Of a stretch of DNA of 49,633 bases, positions 11,485 through 24,480 are shown one piece after another. Position numbers and translations under genes: made by a program. The notes beneath the pieces are model-generated. The model did no database searches. It was not told the DNA's origin and was given only the letters and a program-made list of their open reading frames with translations. The stretch spans positions 1,550,650 through 1,600,282 of the forward strand of contig BFEA01000025.1 of NCBI GenBank assembly GCA_003427395.1, given 5' to 3'. Origin of the DNA: Chara braunii. Lineage: Eukaryota; Plantae; Charophyceae. Position 1 is the first letter of the stretch. Each line of letters starts with the position of its first letter.

Positions 11485-14400
11485 TGTGAGGAAACCCGGG
11501 GAGGGGTCGCCTACTGTTCGCTGAAGCCAAGGGCTACACCGCCTGTCACTCGCTGCGCCTGCATTAGAGGTCCTCAGGGACCAGCGGGGTGTTGAAGTTG
11601 CCACTGCCTATCAAATTTCCTCTTTCAAGTTAATCTTGCGGCTCTACTCAGGGATAATCTCAGTGGAGGATCAAGGTTAAAATGCAAGGTAAGAAAAAAA
11701 ATTGTTTATTATGGCCTACAGATCTGAGCCCCAAGTGAATACATTTCTTTAAATTGTTCCAGTCGATCTTCAAGTTAGCTCGGGGACATCCTTTGCTTCG
11801 GCCTTGATATCTGACGAGCAATGGCAATAAGAATAATTCTTAAATATTAATAGTAGCAATGGCGATAATAATATTCGAAAAACATGAACAATGTACGTTA
11901 TTACCATCCCACTTACTTTCTCACCCCCCTTGGAGCAGATTCGCCCCTCCTATATGCGCGGTCTCGGTTCCAACCATGTCCGTTATTTGCGCAGAAACTC
12001 GAACATTCCAATAATACCCCTTTTCTTCAGGATAGGACCCCGATTGGGCGGTTTATGTACTGACAAATTCAGAAATTCCAATAGTCTCTTTTCCTGCAGA
12101 ACAAATCGTTGACGGGACTGAACCCGAACTGCCAATTACAAAGACTGCATTATTACCCTTTCTTGCCGAATGAGTTCTTGATTGGTCTGAATACGAATTG
12201 CCAAACCTAGAAATCTCAATAATTCCTCTTTTCTGCAGAATGAGTTGAACTTCTTGATTGGTCTGAACACGAATTGCCAAACTAAAGGGTTTTAATAATT
12301 CTTTTTTTTTGCAGAATGAGTTCTTGATTGGACTGAACACGAACTGCCAAACTCATAAGCTTAAATAATACTCTTGTCTCCGGGGAGAATCTTTGATTGG
12401 CCGGGTCTCAACTGTTAAACACAAAATTCTCAATAATACACGTCCCTTTCACTCTTCCTTTCTCATACACACATTCGCGCACACACTATCTCACTCTCAT
12501 ACTCGCTTGTTCACACATGCTGCTACACTTGAAAGGACCATTTCAATGAATCACACTCTGCCTTATAGCTTCTCTACACGCCACTCCAGCCCGCTTGATT
12601 ACTTCCCCACTGAGAATGCATTCTTAATCAACCTTCTGCAAGAAAACGGGAAAGATACATATGTGCGCCGCAACTCTTGGCGCATGCTCATCAGTTGACC
12701 ACCATGGAGTGAATCGCCTACTAAGACATGGGAAGGTACATGGTCATATTCTTTATTTTTGCAGACAATACTGCCACTGTGTCACTTGCTACCCAAGGCA
12801 AGCAGCATGCGTCTTCAACTTGAATCAGGAAAGATGCACGGTCACATTCTCCGTGTTTCATGTCGAGCATAGAAGGGAAAAGGAGAGAATCATCAACAAA
12901 AACAAGCAAGGCTACATTGCCACATTTTGTCTGGTATACACCTCGTTCCTCCGAATTGTTAATGAATCTCTCACTAGAAGATGGAAAGGTGCACGACACT
13001 GATGATTGCTCCCTGTGCGCGGCTGTTGTTAGAGCGTCGTCGGCAGTCAGTTAGTATGACACGAACGTGGTCTGACCCAGGCGTTATATTCGATGAATGT
13101 CAACTCTCTCTCTTTTCATGTGCACCACCTCACGGGTTCTCGCAAGCTTCCTCACAAGATTTCCCCTCTAGCGTGATTCCCAATGAATGTGTTTTTGAAG
13201 CGAGCGCACTACTCACCTGATTCGCTTCCCGTTCGTTGTTCAACCTTAGACTAGTCGTATGCCCAAACACTAGCGTTCCTCCCCTCATAGCCCGATTAAC
13301 CTCTCGCAGGTGAGTCATTTCCTACATAGGCGGCTCATTTCTCGTGATTACTCCCGTGATGATAATTTTTGGGCGTGAGAACCCACACTCGAATCCTGTC
13401 CGGATCCAAGCCAGGTTCACGTGAATGGGAGACTACCCCCCCTTCCAGCCTTTCCTGTCGTGCACAATCCCTCTTCAACTCATCTTACCACTGTTCAAAC
13501 CTTGCAGATCAACTTAGATCAGATCTGCCTACACAGGCGTGATACCGTCCAGCATCCACCCGCAAGTTCAACATTGACGTTACTGATGAGATCTGCTCGC
13601 CAGGGCTCACGATCTCAACCGCTTCGTTCTCGCTCCTCCCTTCCTTTGCCTGTGCGAAAAGCCCCTCTCCCTATTGATTGGATATGGGCCTGTGTACGTA
13701 AGGCATGCGTGAAAACGCCCTCGTCCCCCCCCGCATTGTCTGAATGTCTCCTCCCTTTCAAAGGCGAACTGCGCAAAGCATTCCCTAGCTCCGCTCGTCG
13801 TGCTTCGTGAATGTGAGTGGCGTTGTGCATTCCCCTGGCTGGACGAGTTCCCGAACGGGCATGTTCTTACCCCACTAGGACGGGAGGTTGGGTACGCCTG
13901 ACACACACAAATAAAAACGAATCCCCCTGTGTTCGCTGGTTCCCACTATATTCACGCAACACGTAGCACCTCACTCATAGGACTCAGGGCAACTGGGACC
14001 GTCGGTGCCAACAATACCCATGGCTCCAGATCGAGAACAGGTAGTAAACAGGCTCGGGGCAATAGGCCCGACACTCAGACGAAACCCTAAAGGAAAGCAT
14101 AGTACCAAGCGCTTAAGTGTCATGCCCATTCTGGGGTTCATTTGTTGTCAGAGACCACGCCCTAATAAAAGCAGTGTCGGATTAATTTACCATGCTTAAC
14201 TGCATCCTGCCGCATCAGTTGCTGTCACACAGTCAAATTGTGTCATTGATCGACTATTGCGACATTATGATTGTAGTTGATCCACTGCAACGCACAAAGA
14301 CCAGGGCCGTTACGGTCACCTTAGTAAGCCAACGATACCAGGTCAAGTACCGTACCAATGTACCATAGAGTATCGATGTCGTAAACACACCCGAAGCAGA

Positions 14401-15732
14401 ACCCGCATCGTAGTTTATTGAGTGGTGCCTAGCTAGTAGGGAGAATACAAAATTTAGGATTGGACAGTAATGTGCCGCTTCAGTGGCGCACCAATGATCG
14501 TACCAAAGTAACAAGATTAGACCCTGCTCTAGTGTCGTGCCAGTGACCGAACCTGAAATTCAGGAATAGAGCGCGGTATGCTGCCCCAGTACCTTATCTT
14601 TGTCGAACCATTGTTCATACCAAGGTCAAAATGCCAAACCACGGACCAGACATCGTGCCAAACACAAGCACCGTGCCTGTACCAAATCAGTGTCCATATC
14701 GTCCACAGACCAGATATTGAACCAGCGACCGTATGTCGCAATCATCCAAAACTGGACTGCAATATCGCACCAAGGATCAACCATCCCATACTGTGCTTGC
14801 GCCAAACCAGTGGTCGTGCCAAACAACAGGTGTGTCGTGCCTGTTCCAAACCAATGTCTACACCAGAAGTGATAATACCGAGCCTCCTTGCGCTTACTAA
14901 CCAGAAACAATAGTACCCGACTGTTGCGGTTGTACCAATGCCAGACAAGTGACCACACCTCAGGTCGTAGTGTGTCGTCCCAATGCCTTGCGAATGCCGA
15001 ACCAGTACCGAACCTGAAATAACTGTTTCAAACCGTAGTGTCCCTTTTCGTTGCTGGCCAAATACCTGTCGTGGTCAAGTCGTCGTTTCCATGAAACCCT
15101 CACCCCCAGGTCGTTGTCATACCTCCACCAGTTGGCAGTCCAATGTAGTAACCCATAGCGAGTACTCAATACCATACGGCAGTCGACCACCATCACGTAC
15201 ATTAATATAAGAGGGTAATCAAATGGAAAAAATCCGTTTAGATCAAAATAATAATAAATAGAAAAAAATCCGGTTGAAATCAACAAGGCCACTAGCAATA
15301 AAAAAATGTTAAATATTAAAATAATCAACCATTTTTATTTTCTTTTATCATTTGTAATTTCTATTCCTTATTTTTAATTTCTTTATTAAATTAGATAAAA
15401 CTTTAGGTCCCTTTTCTCGCCAACTCGCCAGTGTGGAAAGGGTCGCGTGAAGACTTGCATACATACCTTTACCCTCGGCTGGCTGATTCGAAGATAGCCT
15501 CAAAACTGGCGAAAAAGGTTAAGCGTCAGCCAAGGTAGAGGCAACTGTTCAACTTGTTAAATATAAGGGTTAGTTCCTGCGGTCAACGCAGGGAAGTTTA
15601 GGGTTCCTCTAAAGATCCCTAATTTTCCCCGACAGTCCTGACAAGAGTACCCGCCAAACCCTAACCCGAAGTTTGGTTGGTGGACGGATTCCTTGTACTT
15701 CGGGTGACCGGCAGGTCTAGGACCGCCCGACA
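11485..15732 (-). repeat. 3' LTR (4248 bp)
   Basis: TGTGAGGAAACC...CCGCCCGACA; collinear with 31377-35695 along its whole length. Confidence 0.92.
12090..12410. repeat. about 70-bp tandem repeats inside the LTR (4-5 degenerate copies; also at about 31990-32300)
   Basis: GAATGAGTTCTTGATTGGTCTGAACACGAATTGCCAAA-like unit recurs at 12168/12238/12314 and 32061/32131/32201. Confidence 0.85.
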
Positions 15733-16034
15733 GTAAGCCCGGACCTCTTCTCGACGTCCCCGTCGAGATTTCGTCGTTTCGGTCATAGGAAACACACAAG
15801 TTTAAAAGTAACTGCCCATTTGTGTCACCCGTGTCGACATTTAACTACCTTGTGTGTGGGTCTTCTTGGGGTCCTGAGACTGAGAAGATGCTTCTTATCC
15901 TTCCTGCACCCGTGTCGCTTAGGTATAGGTAAGAGAACGATTTTCTGCTTCTTTTTTTGTTGAAATGGAAGCGGTCCGGATGCACCACCATATATAATGT
16001 CGACTCTTCGTATCGGCCTCCGGAGTACGAAAAG

Positions 16035-17400
16035 TCATTTCTTTCTCTTCCCTAGTGTCAAACCTTTCACTTTTTGGGTCTCTACTCTCTTCCTCTTCTT
16101 GGAACTCTCCCCTATCTCAAAGCGTCTCGATGGTGGTTCATCTGTCACCTTGGTTTTACCCATTCCCTTAAGATCACATAGTGTAGGCGTAGGGGTAGGG
16201 GATCTCCTTGGTCTGAACAATTTCAGTCTCGCCCCTGCCACATAATCTCTCCACTTAGATCCATCCAATTCAGCTATCGTATATGCTCCCCAATCGGGCT
16301 CCTTGACTATGTGATAAAGCCCCATCCATTTATTCACCAGTTTTCCTGACCATGTCTTTTCCAAAGTTGCGTCATAGAGAAGGATCATATCCCCTACACT
16401 TATCTTGTCATTTCTTATCTTCATATTCTTATTCCATCTCTCCTTCCCTTTCTCTCTTTCTACAGGCAGTCGATGCCAGCAGATTGTCTTTTAACCCATA
16501 GGCTATTTGTCTCGTTCGCACAGCTAGGAGCTCCGATCGCCACATGTTGTCATCCCAGTCGACGGTAGTCCAACTGTCAACTTGGAACTCTATGGGAAGA
16601 GGGCAATGCCTCCCAAACCATAGTGTAATGAGGATAACCTGTACTACCCCGTACCATGACATTGTCCGCCCAAATGGCATATCGAAAGTATCGCGGGCAG
16701 TCACTGTCTTTTCCTCTACACCACTTAGATAGCGACTCTATCAAGGATTGATGACCTTCTTCTACAGGCGAGTTGGACTGAGGGTGGTAAGCAGTGGTTA
16801 TCGATACTCTAACCCCTGCCTTCTTGAACACATTCTGCACTTCGTCTGCCAGGAACTCTGCTGAGTCTGTTCCTCTATCCATTACAATCCTACTGACACA
16901 GGTGGATTTAGACAGGTATTCTAGGACAAAGTTCTTGACTTCTTTAGCCGACTTTGTTCAGATGGGCTTACCGTCCACAAACCCTGTGAAATTATCCCTA
17001 ATGTTCACCACATAGTTCATATTTCCTACCCCTTTCGGTATTTTCACTAAGTTTATATGAACCTTCTCCCCTGGTCTAGTAGGAGAGGAAGGGTGAAGAG
17101 GCTCCTTGTACTTCTCAACATCCTTGTACTGACCTTCCGATCAGTAGAGCCTGTGCACCTTCTCATACATGCCTTTCACCACTCTACGTCCATCGACTAC
17201 ACCGTCATGGAGTGCAACTACTATAGACTATTTCTCTTCAGGATCGCAGACCACTCGTAGAGCCATTCCTGGGCCCGTAGGTCTGCGAAACTGATGCCCC
17301 GATCTAAGATAGAACTGAGCTGTCTGTCTCCTGATCTCCGGATCTAGACTCTCCTCACCTGATAGATGCAGTCCAATCGTCCGGTACTTCCATTCTTAAA
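16035..17400 (-). pseudogene. integrase (partly deleted zinc finger, DDE core, GPY/F region); no chromodomain seen
   Basis: IRDNFTGFVDGKP, VMDRG..EF, TAYHPQSNSPVEEGH, GDMILLYD..KLVNKWMGLY; several frameshifts. Confidence 0.88.
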
Positions 17401-17402
17401 GG

Positions 17403-17945
17403 TTAACCTGAAAGGTTAACCTGAAAGCGATCCGCTCGTCTTGGCTTAGTCATGGTTAGTGTCGCCGCACTTATCGGTCGCTTAGTGTCAATCTGAATCC
17501 GCAAAAGCCCATCGATGAGTGCATTCTTAATGCCAGAGATCCTCTCAACAGTGTAGTGAAAAAGTTGGATCCTAATTAACCATCGTGCGATAGTAGGGTG
17601 AGTCAGGTTGAAATCCTTCAGCAGCATTGAAGCAACAACTGTAGGATCTACCCGTTAGATAAATCATCTCTCATATATGTAGGGCATGAATGCATCCAAC
17701 CATCGCAGGACAACTAACACCTCTTTTTTAAATCGACTATAGTTACGTTCCGCAGCGTTAAGCGTCTGACTCTCGAACCTCAACGGTCTTTCCTTCCCCT
17801 CAGCGTCTTTCTGGGAAAGCAATCCTCCGACTGGACATGGTCCAACATCCGTAGATACTATGAAAGGCCTATTTGTCTCGTCCTCGAAGAATGATACGCC
17901 TAGGATACGTCCTCCTTCCTTAAATTCCTCCTTAAGAGTTAGCAT
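17403..17945 (-). pseudogene. RNase H
   Basis: PFIVSTDVG..VGGLLSQ, RPLRFES..AERNYS..KEVLVV, IARWL..IQLF..KNALIDGL. Confidence 0.9.
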
Positions 17946-17954
17946 GGTGAGTTT

Positions 17955-19184
17955 TTAAGGAGAATCCCAGCAAAATCGTTCAGTCTTTCGAAGGAGAATC
18001 CGTAGCTGCTCCGCCTTCTCCGCGTATCCACGTACGAACATTCGCCAGTAGCCTACGACCCCCAGAAACTGACGAACTTCGGTGGCACTATGCAACGGTG
18101 ACGGCCAGTTCAAAAGTTTATCTAGCTTTGCCGAATTTGTCCGCCGTCCTCTTGTGTCGCAAATAAACCCTATAATCTTTATCGATAAAACTGCCCATCT
18201 GCTTTTCGTCCAACTCACCGTTAAACTGGCGTCATCTAGCTGCTCTAAAATTGCATCAATATCTGTCAGGTGTTGCTCTATAAACCTCCTAACACCAAGA
18301 ATGACCTCTGTCTCGTCCTTTTCCACCGGCCCTTTAATCGGGAAGTTATCTAGCAAGACTTTCACATTGTCAGGAATAAAGTATTTCGGGACAACTACCA
18401 TAGCTCTCTGGAACACAGCAACTCCGTTAGTCCACCTCATAGGTACGACCATCATTTGTACTAATCTGAGTGGTGTCTGCATACTGGTGAGGTGTCTATC
18501 CTTAGGATCCAAGGGTATCTCATCGTTACCAGAAAACAAATCGAAGACAGAGTAGATCGATCTGCCTGCCGCTCCCTCCGCTCGCAGATCTGCGTGAGGA
18601 ATGGATCCGACATCGCGGATGGTGACAACATTCACCTTCTGAAGATCCTGAATCAACCGGATCTTCCCGTTCGGTTTCCGTAGGAAGAGCCACCTATTCT
18701 CATAGGCAGTGCCGGATGGCTCAGCCACATGAGAAACCATCTTCTCTTTCAGAAAGGTAATCACCTCTTACTTCTCTTTCTGAGCGAACTTCTACCCCTG
18801 GGCCGCATCATTCCACGGAGTGTTTGGAATCGTGTAGATCCTAGTAAGTTTAACGTACCTAGGATCAATCCTCCCCCTTTCCGCATCGTTAAAAGCTATA
18901 GTTTTATCGCAAGTCTTAAGAACTTCCAGCACTCGCTGTTTTTCTTGTTCAATCAGATTTTTGTCTCTTATGTCCATCTCCGCTATCCTTTCTTTTGTTA
19001 AGCGTTGCGACTCTCTCTTCTTCCTCTCTTTAATTTTCCCCGCGATCTCTTCTTCTGAGATTCTCTCTAGTGCCGATCGCTCTCGGGCCACATCCGTCGA
19101 TTTTGGTTTCTGTGTTACTCGCATGTGTTTCTTTGGTCGCCCCCCGTAGGAGACTGCGCCCTTAAAAAAAGACACAGAGATCAT
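17955..19184 (-). pseudogene. reverse transcriptase
   Basis: KPNGKIRLIQDLQKVN, FDLFSG, PMRWTNGVAVFQRAM, degenerate catalytic LLDNFPIKG, EVRQFLGVVGYWRMFV. Confidence 0.92.
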
Positions 19185-19244
19185 CCCTCCGAACTCTTTG
19201 TCCCCTTTCTTCGGATAAGAGTTACCATCTATAATTACGCAATT

Positions 19245-19850
19245 TCATAGGTCTTCCACTTCCACTATTCGTCCTTCTTCCTTTGTAAGTAAGGTCCTAT
19301 ACTTCTTTTCGCGCAATCGCGGTAAGCGACTAGCGAAAGAGGTCGACTTACGCACTCCATGTGTGCCAGCAGCCGCGAGAGACGCCCTGTTCCTAGGGTC
19401 TCGAGACTCTACTGTCTCAATCATGATCCGACCACCATCAGGGCGCTTAATAGAAAGCATCTGACTCCCGTCCGATCGTTCTATCATGACGACATGAACA
19501 TGGCTCAACCATGTCCGCCTTAGGAGTAGCTTCGAGTTGCAGTCCTTAACCACGAAGATAGGAATCAATGTGCTCAACCATGTCCGCCCTAGGAGTAGCT
19601 TCGAGTTGCAGTCCTTAACCACGAAGATAGGAATCAATGTGCTCAACCCTTCGACCTCAATGGCTGCTTTGTGACAAACTCCATAAATCTTTTGTTTCCT
19701 TCCGTCAGCTGTCTCTATCTTAAATAGGAAGGACCTATCCAGTTTCAACCCTAGCAGTACGGCGAGCTGCTCGTCTATAATGATAACCTTGCTACAATTA
19801 TCAATCACTCCTTGCAGAACTATCTTGTCGTTGAGAATAGTTTCAACTGT
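19245..19850 (-). pseudogene. aspartic protease (degenerate) with in-frame 69-bp duplication
   Basis: VIDNCSKVIII (decayed D-x-G-S), TADG, LLLGRTWL; a 23-aa block is duplicated. Confidence 0.85.
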
Positions 19851-19963
19851 CGTGCTTTCTGAGATGTAGAACTTGTGAGGAGGGACCTCTCCATACCATC
19901 CAGGTATACTGTCGCCGCACTCTCAGCTTTCTTGCTCACCCCCGATATTGCCATAGTAGGCAC

Positions 19964-22320
19964 CTATGGCTTAGAAGCCATTTGGACTTCATCTCCCAGA
20001 GGAATACGAGTCTTTCGCATGATCATCTCGAGTTCGCCTCGTGTCGGCCTAGAAGCGGCCAGGTACTCGAGTATCGAGCACTGCATAGCTTGCCTAAGCG
20101 CGCGTCTAAGAGGCTCCACCGTATCAATGTCGTCTAAAGAGCTCTTCATTGCAAACTTCCTTGCTCCACGCTTCCGCGGTGAAATTATGACCTCCTCTCC
20201 TTCGATTCTCTGTCCATCTTTCTCTGCCATCACATAATCTGTATCAGTCTTTTTCGACAAAGAGTCCCTAGCAGACTTCGTCGCTGTGACTCAAATAGGT
20301 GTGGTCGGCGACTCGTCCTTAGAAGATAACGTCATCCTGACACTCTGACTCTTCACTGCTTCTTTCCCTTTACTTGGTCGCACGTGCCTGGCTTCAACGT
20401 TTTCCTTCATCGAGGGAAACATCGATACATCGCCTAAATCGTCCGGTCTTGACGTACTTGCGGTCATTAAGTACGACGAATCCATCGTTTATAGCTCGCT
20501 TGAGGTCTGGACATTCCCTCTTCACATGGTCATCTGACCTGGAATAGATGCAGGAGTTTTTAGGAGTAGGAGGTTTGTCCTCTACACCCCTAGTCGCTGG
20601 TCCCCTCGTAGCTCTGCCGTCCCGATTTTAAGGGTCAGGTGATTTAGGATAGCCTGACGATTTTGGGTAGCCGGGTGAACTAGGATATCCTCCCCGCTCA
20701 TAGCGTCCACAAGAGCCATCCCGTCGATCTCCTCCGTGTTCCATTCTCTCATATCCGCTTCGGTAGCCATCCCCGCGATCCTCGTCCAAATCCCATCGAC
20801 CAGGAAAATCTTTTCGATCTCTCCGGCTGAAATTGCCAGGAGTTCGGTATCCATCCACGTTGCGGTCATATCTAGGGCTACGCAGATACTGCTCTGGCCG
20901 TTCCCCTTTGCTAAAGGCATCAACCTTGCATAACCTACCTCCACGACGATCTCTGTCGATCTCATCGTCCCTACGTCGCCACGGGTCATCATCTCTCTCT
21001 CCCATACGATAGTCTGCGAGTGTGTGGGGGTTTCTATCCTCCATGCTTCGCTAAGGGTCGGTGTCCCTACGATCCCATCGCAATGAATATGGGAACCCTG
21101 GCTTGTCCCTATAGGTCGTGGCTCCCGTCTTCATCTCGATATTAGTCATTTGTTTGGCTAGCTCCTTCATCATTTCCCTCATCTCTCTCATCTCATCTAT
21201 CACCACCTCTTTGTTCCTCGGTCTCTGTGGTCGGACTTCGCCCATCAACTATCGTCGATCCGCCCAAGGCTGGTCGTTAAAATAAGGACATCTCTCAGTA
21301 TCGTACTCATGATAGAGAGAGAAGTCCTGACATCGCATTCCTCTCCAGACTAGGTCCTTGTAATCGTTTGCTTCGACCTTCATTGCCAAGTTGAACTTAA
21401 GAATCGTCGCAAAATCTAACTTGTCACGAGGCAGTTCTCTCTGTACTCCCTTCTGCTTCCCCCTTGGTAGTCGACCGATGAAGATCGTACACCGTTCGAC
21501 CTCCGACAACTTCCCTTTCACAATCAAGGCATCGGATATCTTCTGGAATCGTTTCTCAAATGCTTTGATGCTCTCGTTCTCACATTAGGTCATCAACTTC
21601 AGATCCCGGATTGAATACCTAATGTCTTCCAGGTTGAAGAGTTCATAAAGGCTGGCTTTGTAGGTAGTCCACCCCCTGTCCTTTGGTCGTGCTTCTTTGA
21701 TTACCTGACTCAAACTCGGGTCCGAGTTAAACAATAAATTGTCTATAATTTTGTTCTCCGACCATTGACTGTGGTATGCGTGCAACTCCCACTTTTCTAG
21801 ATACTCGGTGATACCGTATCCTTTGAAAATGGGTGGTCTGGTGTCTAACTCCGAGGGTTGGTGCGAGACGATGTATCGATCTCTCCTCTCGTAAGGGAGC
21901 GCATACGACTCACCCACTTGTGGGTCGTAGATCTATCTGGGTGGTGTGCCCCTCTCCGGAGCCCTATCTCTGTCTCTCTAGGCCTGCTCCCGGGCGTACA
22001 GGTCCCTCCAGTCATCTCTGCATCTTTCTCCTTTGGCGTCTCTCCGCTCGTACGTAGGTGAGCGTCAGACGCTCATCTCTCGCCGGAAACTAGGAGGCTC
22101 TGTCATATTCTCCATCCGTGTCATCGACTCACCCCTGTCCGGTTCGGCGATGATCGGTCTGCCCATCACCTCAGGCTCTTCATCGTTAGGTTGCTCCACG
22201 CATCCCAGCGGAGCATTCTGCCTGATACGCTCCTTGAGATCTCACAAAGCACGGTCCGACGATGCTCGACATGCGCTAGCTTGGTGCTCCATAGTCGGAT
22301 GTGTCCCCATCATGTATGAC
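19964..22320 (-). pseudogene. gag: gag, fragmented, with degenerate zinc knuckle
   Basis: PPIFKGYGITEYLEKWE N-terminal gag-like motif, FIGRLP motif, R/D/G/P-rich linker, CIYSRSDDHVKREC at 20511-20552 (CX2[C>S]X4HX4C). Start position is approximate. Confidence 0.75.
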
Positions 22321-22689
22321 TCCATACACTCTATCTTCTCTCCAACCTCCGCGTTTGTGCAAGGAGTTCGTCGTCCCTAACATTCGAACAAGCAGCCCGG
22401 ACCTAATGTCTGAACTGGCAACCCGGACCTATGTTTAGTCTCAGTTCTCGCAACCTCTAAGTACCTAAATCTAGTTCTCGATAGCCCTCAAAATAACTTT
22501 CAGTCTTTCGTTCTCGTCTCGGACCTTGTACTCGCCCTCTATCCCAAAGACTCAAGTGTCTAGGTAGAGCTCTCCTTGTTTTCCTTCTACACAGGCTGCG
22601 CCTCTCCTGATCTCAAGTACTCCTGTCTAATGGCATCTCAACCTCCTACAAATCGCACTGAGAAAAGGTTAACAACATGTTTTTTTTTT

Positions 22690-24480
22690 AGGATGCCTAA
22701 AGAGGTGAATTCAGGATGCCCATAAAGTTCTATAGTGGGAGCCATACGTGGGGAGGGGTGCTTTCAGGCCTTCAGGGCATTCACCCCTTTAGGATCGTTC
22801 GGGATCCTCAAGCTTAACAGTCGAAGTCATACGGTGGGGGGGGGTGTTTTCAGGCCTTCAGGGCATTCACCCCTTCATGATCGTTCGGGATCCTCAAGCT
22901 TAACAGTGGGACCCATAGGGTGGGGGGGAGGTTCTTTCAGGCCTTCAGGGCATTCACCCCTTCAAGATCGTTAAGGATCCTCAAGCTTAACAGTAGGAGT
23001 CATAGGGTGGGAGGGGGTCCTTTCAGGCCTTCAGGGCATTCACCCCTTCAGGATCGTTCACATTGTTCAGGATGCCAAAACGACGAAACACTGGAAACCA
23101 GAAGGTGGGGACAGGTGCTCCTTTCAGACCCCCGAAGGCAGTCACCTTCAGGGCATTCACCCCTTCAGGATTGTTCAGGATCCTCAAGCTTGACAGTGGG
23201 AGCCATACGGTGGGGGGGGGGATGCTTTCAGACCTTCAGGGCATTCACCCCTTCAAGATCGTTCGGGATCCTCAAGCTTAAGAGTGGGAGTCATACGGTG
23301 GGGGGGGGTGCTTTCAGGCCTTCAGGTCATTCACCCCTTCAAGATCGTTCACAATCCTCAAGCTTAACAGTAGGACCCATAAGGTGGGGGGGGGAATCTT
23401 TCAGGCCTTCAGGGCATTCACCCCTTCAGGATCGTTCAGGATCCTCAAGGTTAGCAGTGGGGGCCATAGGGTGGGGGGGCCGGTCTTTCCGGCCTTCTGG
23501 GAATTCACCCCTTCATGATCGTTCACATTGTTCAGGATGCCAAAATGGCATAACACTAGAGAACAAAGGTGGGAACGGGTGCTCCTTTCAGACTTCCGAA
23601 GGCATTTACCCCTTCAGGGTCGTTCAGGATCCTTGACGCTTAACAGTGGGAGCCATAGGGTGGGGGGGGGGTGCTTTCAGGCCTTGAGGGCATTCACCCT
23701 TCAGGATGGTTCACAAAATTAAAAAAAAAAAAAAAAAAAAAAACCACCANAAAAAAAAAAAAAAAAAAAAAAACCACCATGAAGACTATGAACAATCCTG
23801 AAGGGGTGAATGCCCTGAACGGCCTGAAAGCAACCCCTCCTTTGGCTCTCACTATCATGAAGGGGTGAAGGCCTTGAAAGTAGTCGTACCTCCATTCGAC
23901 ACCCTGCTTCAGACCACCGAAGACATTCACCTCTTCATGATCGTTCAAGATCTTCAGCGCTTAATAGTGGGAGCCATAGGGTTGGGGGGGGGCTTTCAAG
24001 CCTTCAGGGCATTCACCCCTTCAGGCTGGTTCACGGAAAAAAAAATAAAAAAAATCCATCATAAAGACTGTGAACAATCCTGAAGGGCTGAATGCCCTGA
24101 ACAGCCTGAAAGCAACCCCCCTTTGACTCTCACTACCATCAAGGGGTGAAGGCCTTGAAAGCCCTCGCACCTCCATTCGACTCCCTGCTTTCAGGCCACC
24201 GAAGGCATTCACCTCTTCATGATCGTTCAGGATCCTCAACGCTCAACAGTGGGAGCCATAAGGGGGGGGTTACTTTCAGGCCTTCAAGGCATTCACCTCT
24301 TCAGGATGATTCACGAAATTAAAAAAAAAAAAAACATCATGAAGACTATGAACAATCCTGAAGGGGTAAATGCCCTTAACGACATTCACCTCTTCAGGAA
24401 CGTTCATGATCCTTAGCACTGAGCGGGGTGTTTTCAAGCCTTCAGGGCATTAACCGCTTCAGGATGGTTCACGGAAGAAA
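22690..24480. repeat. about 87-bp tandem array with higher-order structure and inverted-repeat modules
   Basis: Unit CTTTCAGGCCTTCAGGGCATTCACCCCTTCAGGATCGTTC...AAGCTTAACAGTGGG...GTGGGGGGG at about 22761, 22848, 22934, 23020, 23225, 23311, 23398, 23485; reverse-complement copies at about 23788, 24071 and 24348. Confidence 0.95.

Noticed and set aside
13583-13630. Hammerhead ribozyme core (CTGATGAG) in the LTR
   Set aside because: No properly placed GAAA or stems, and the other LTR reads CTAATGAG.
22920-23636. 238-aa repetitive ORF
   Set aside because: Product of translating the tandem array; variable G-run lengths shift the frame between units.
22690-24480. CRISPR-like array
   Set aside because: Inter-repeat segments are themselves near-identical rather than unique spacers; eukaryotic retroelement context; no cas genes.
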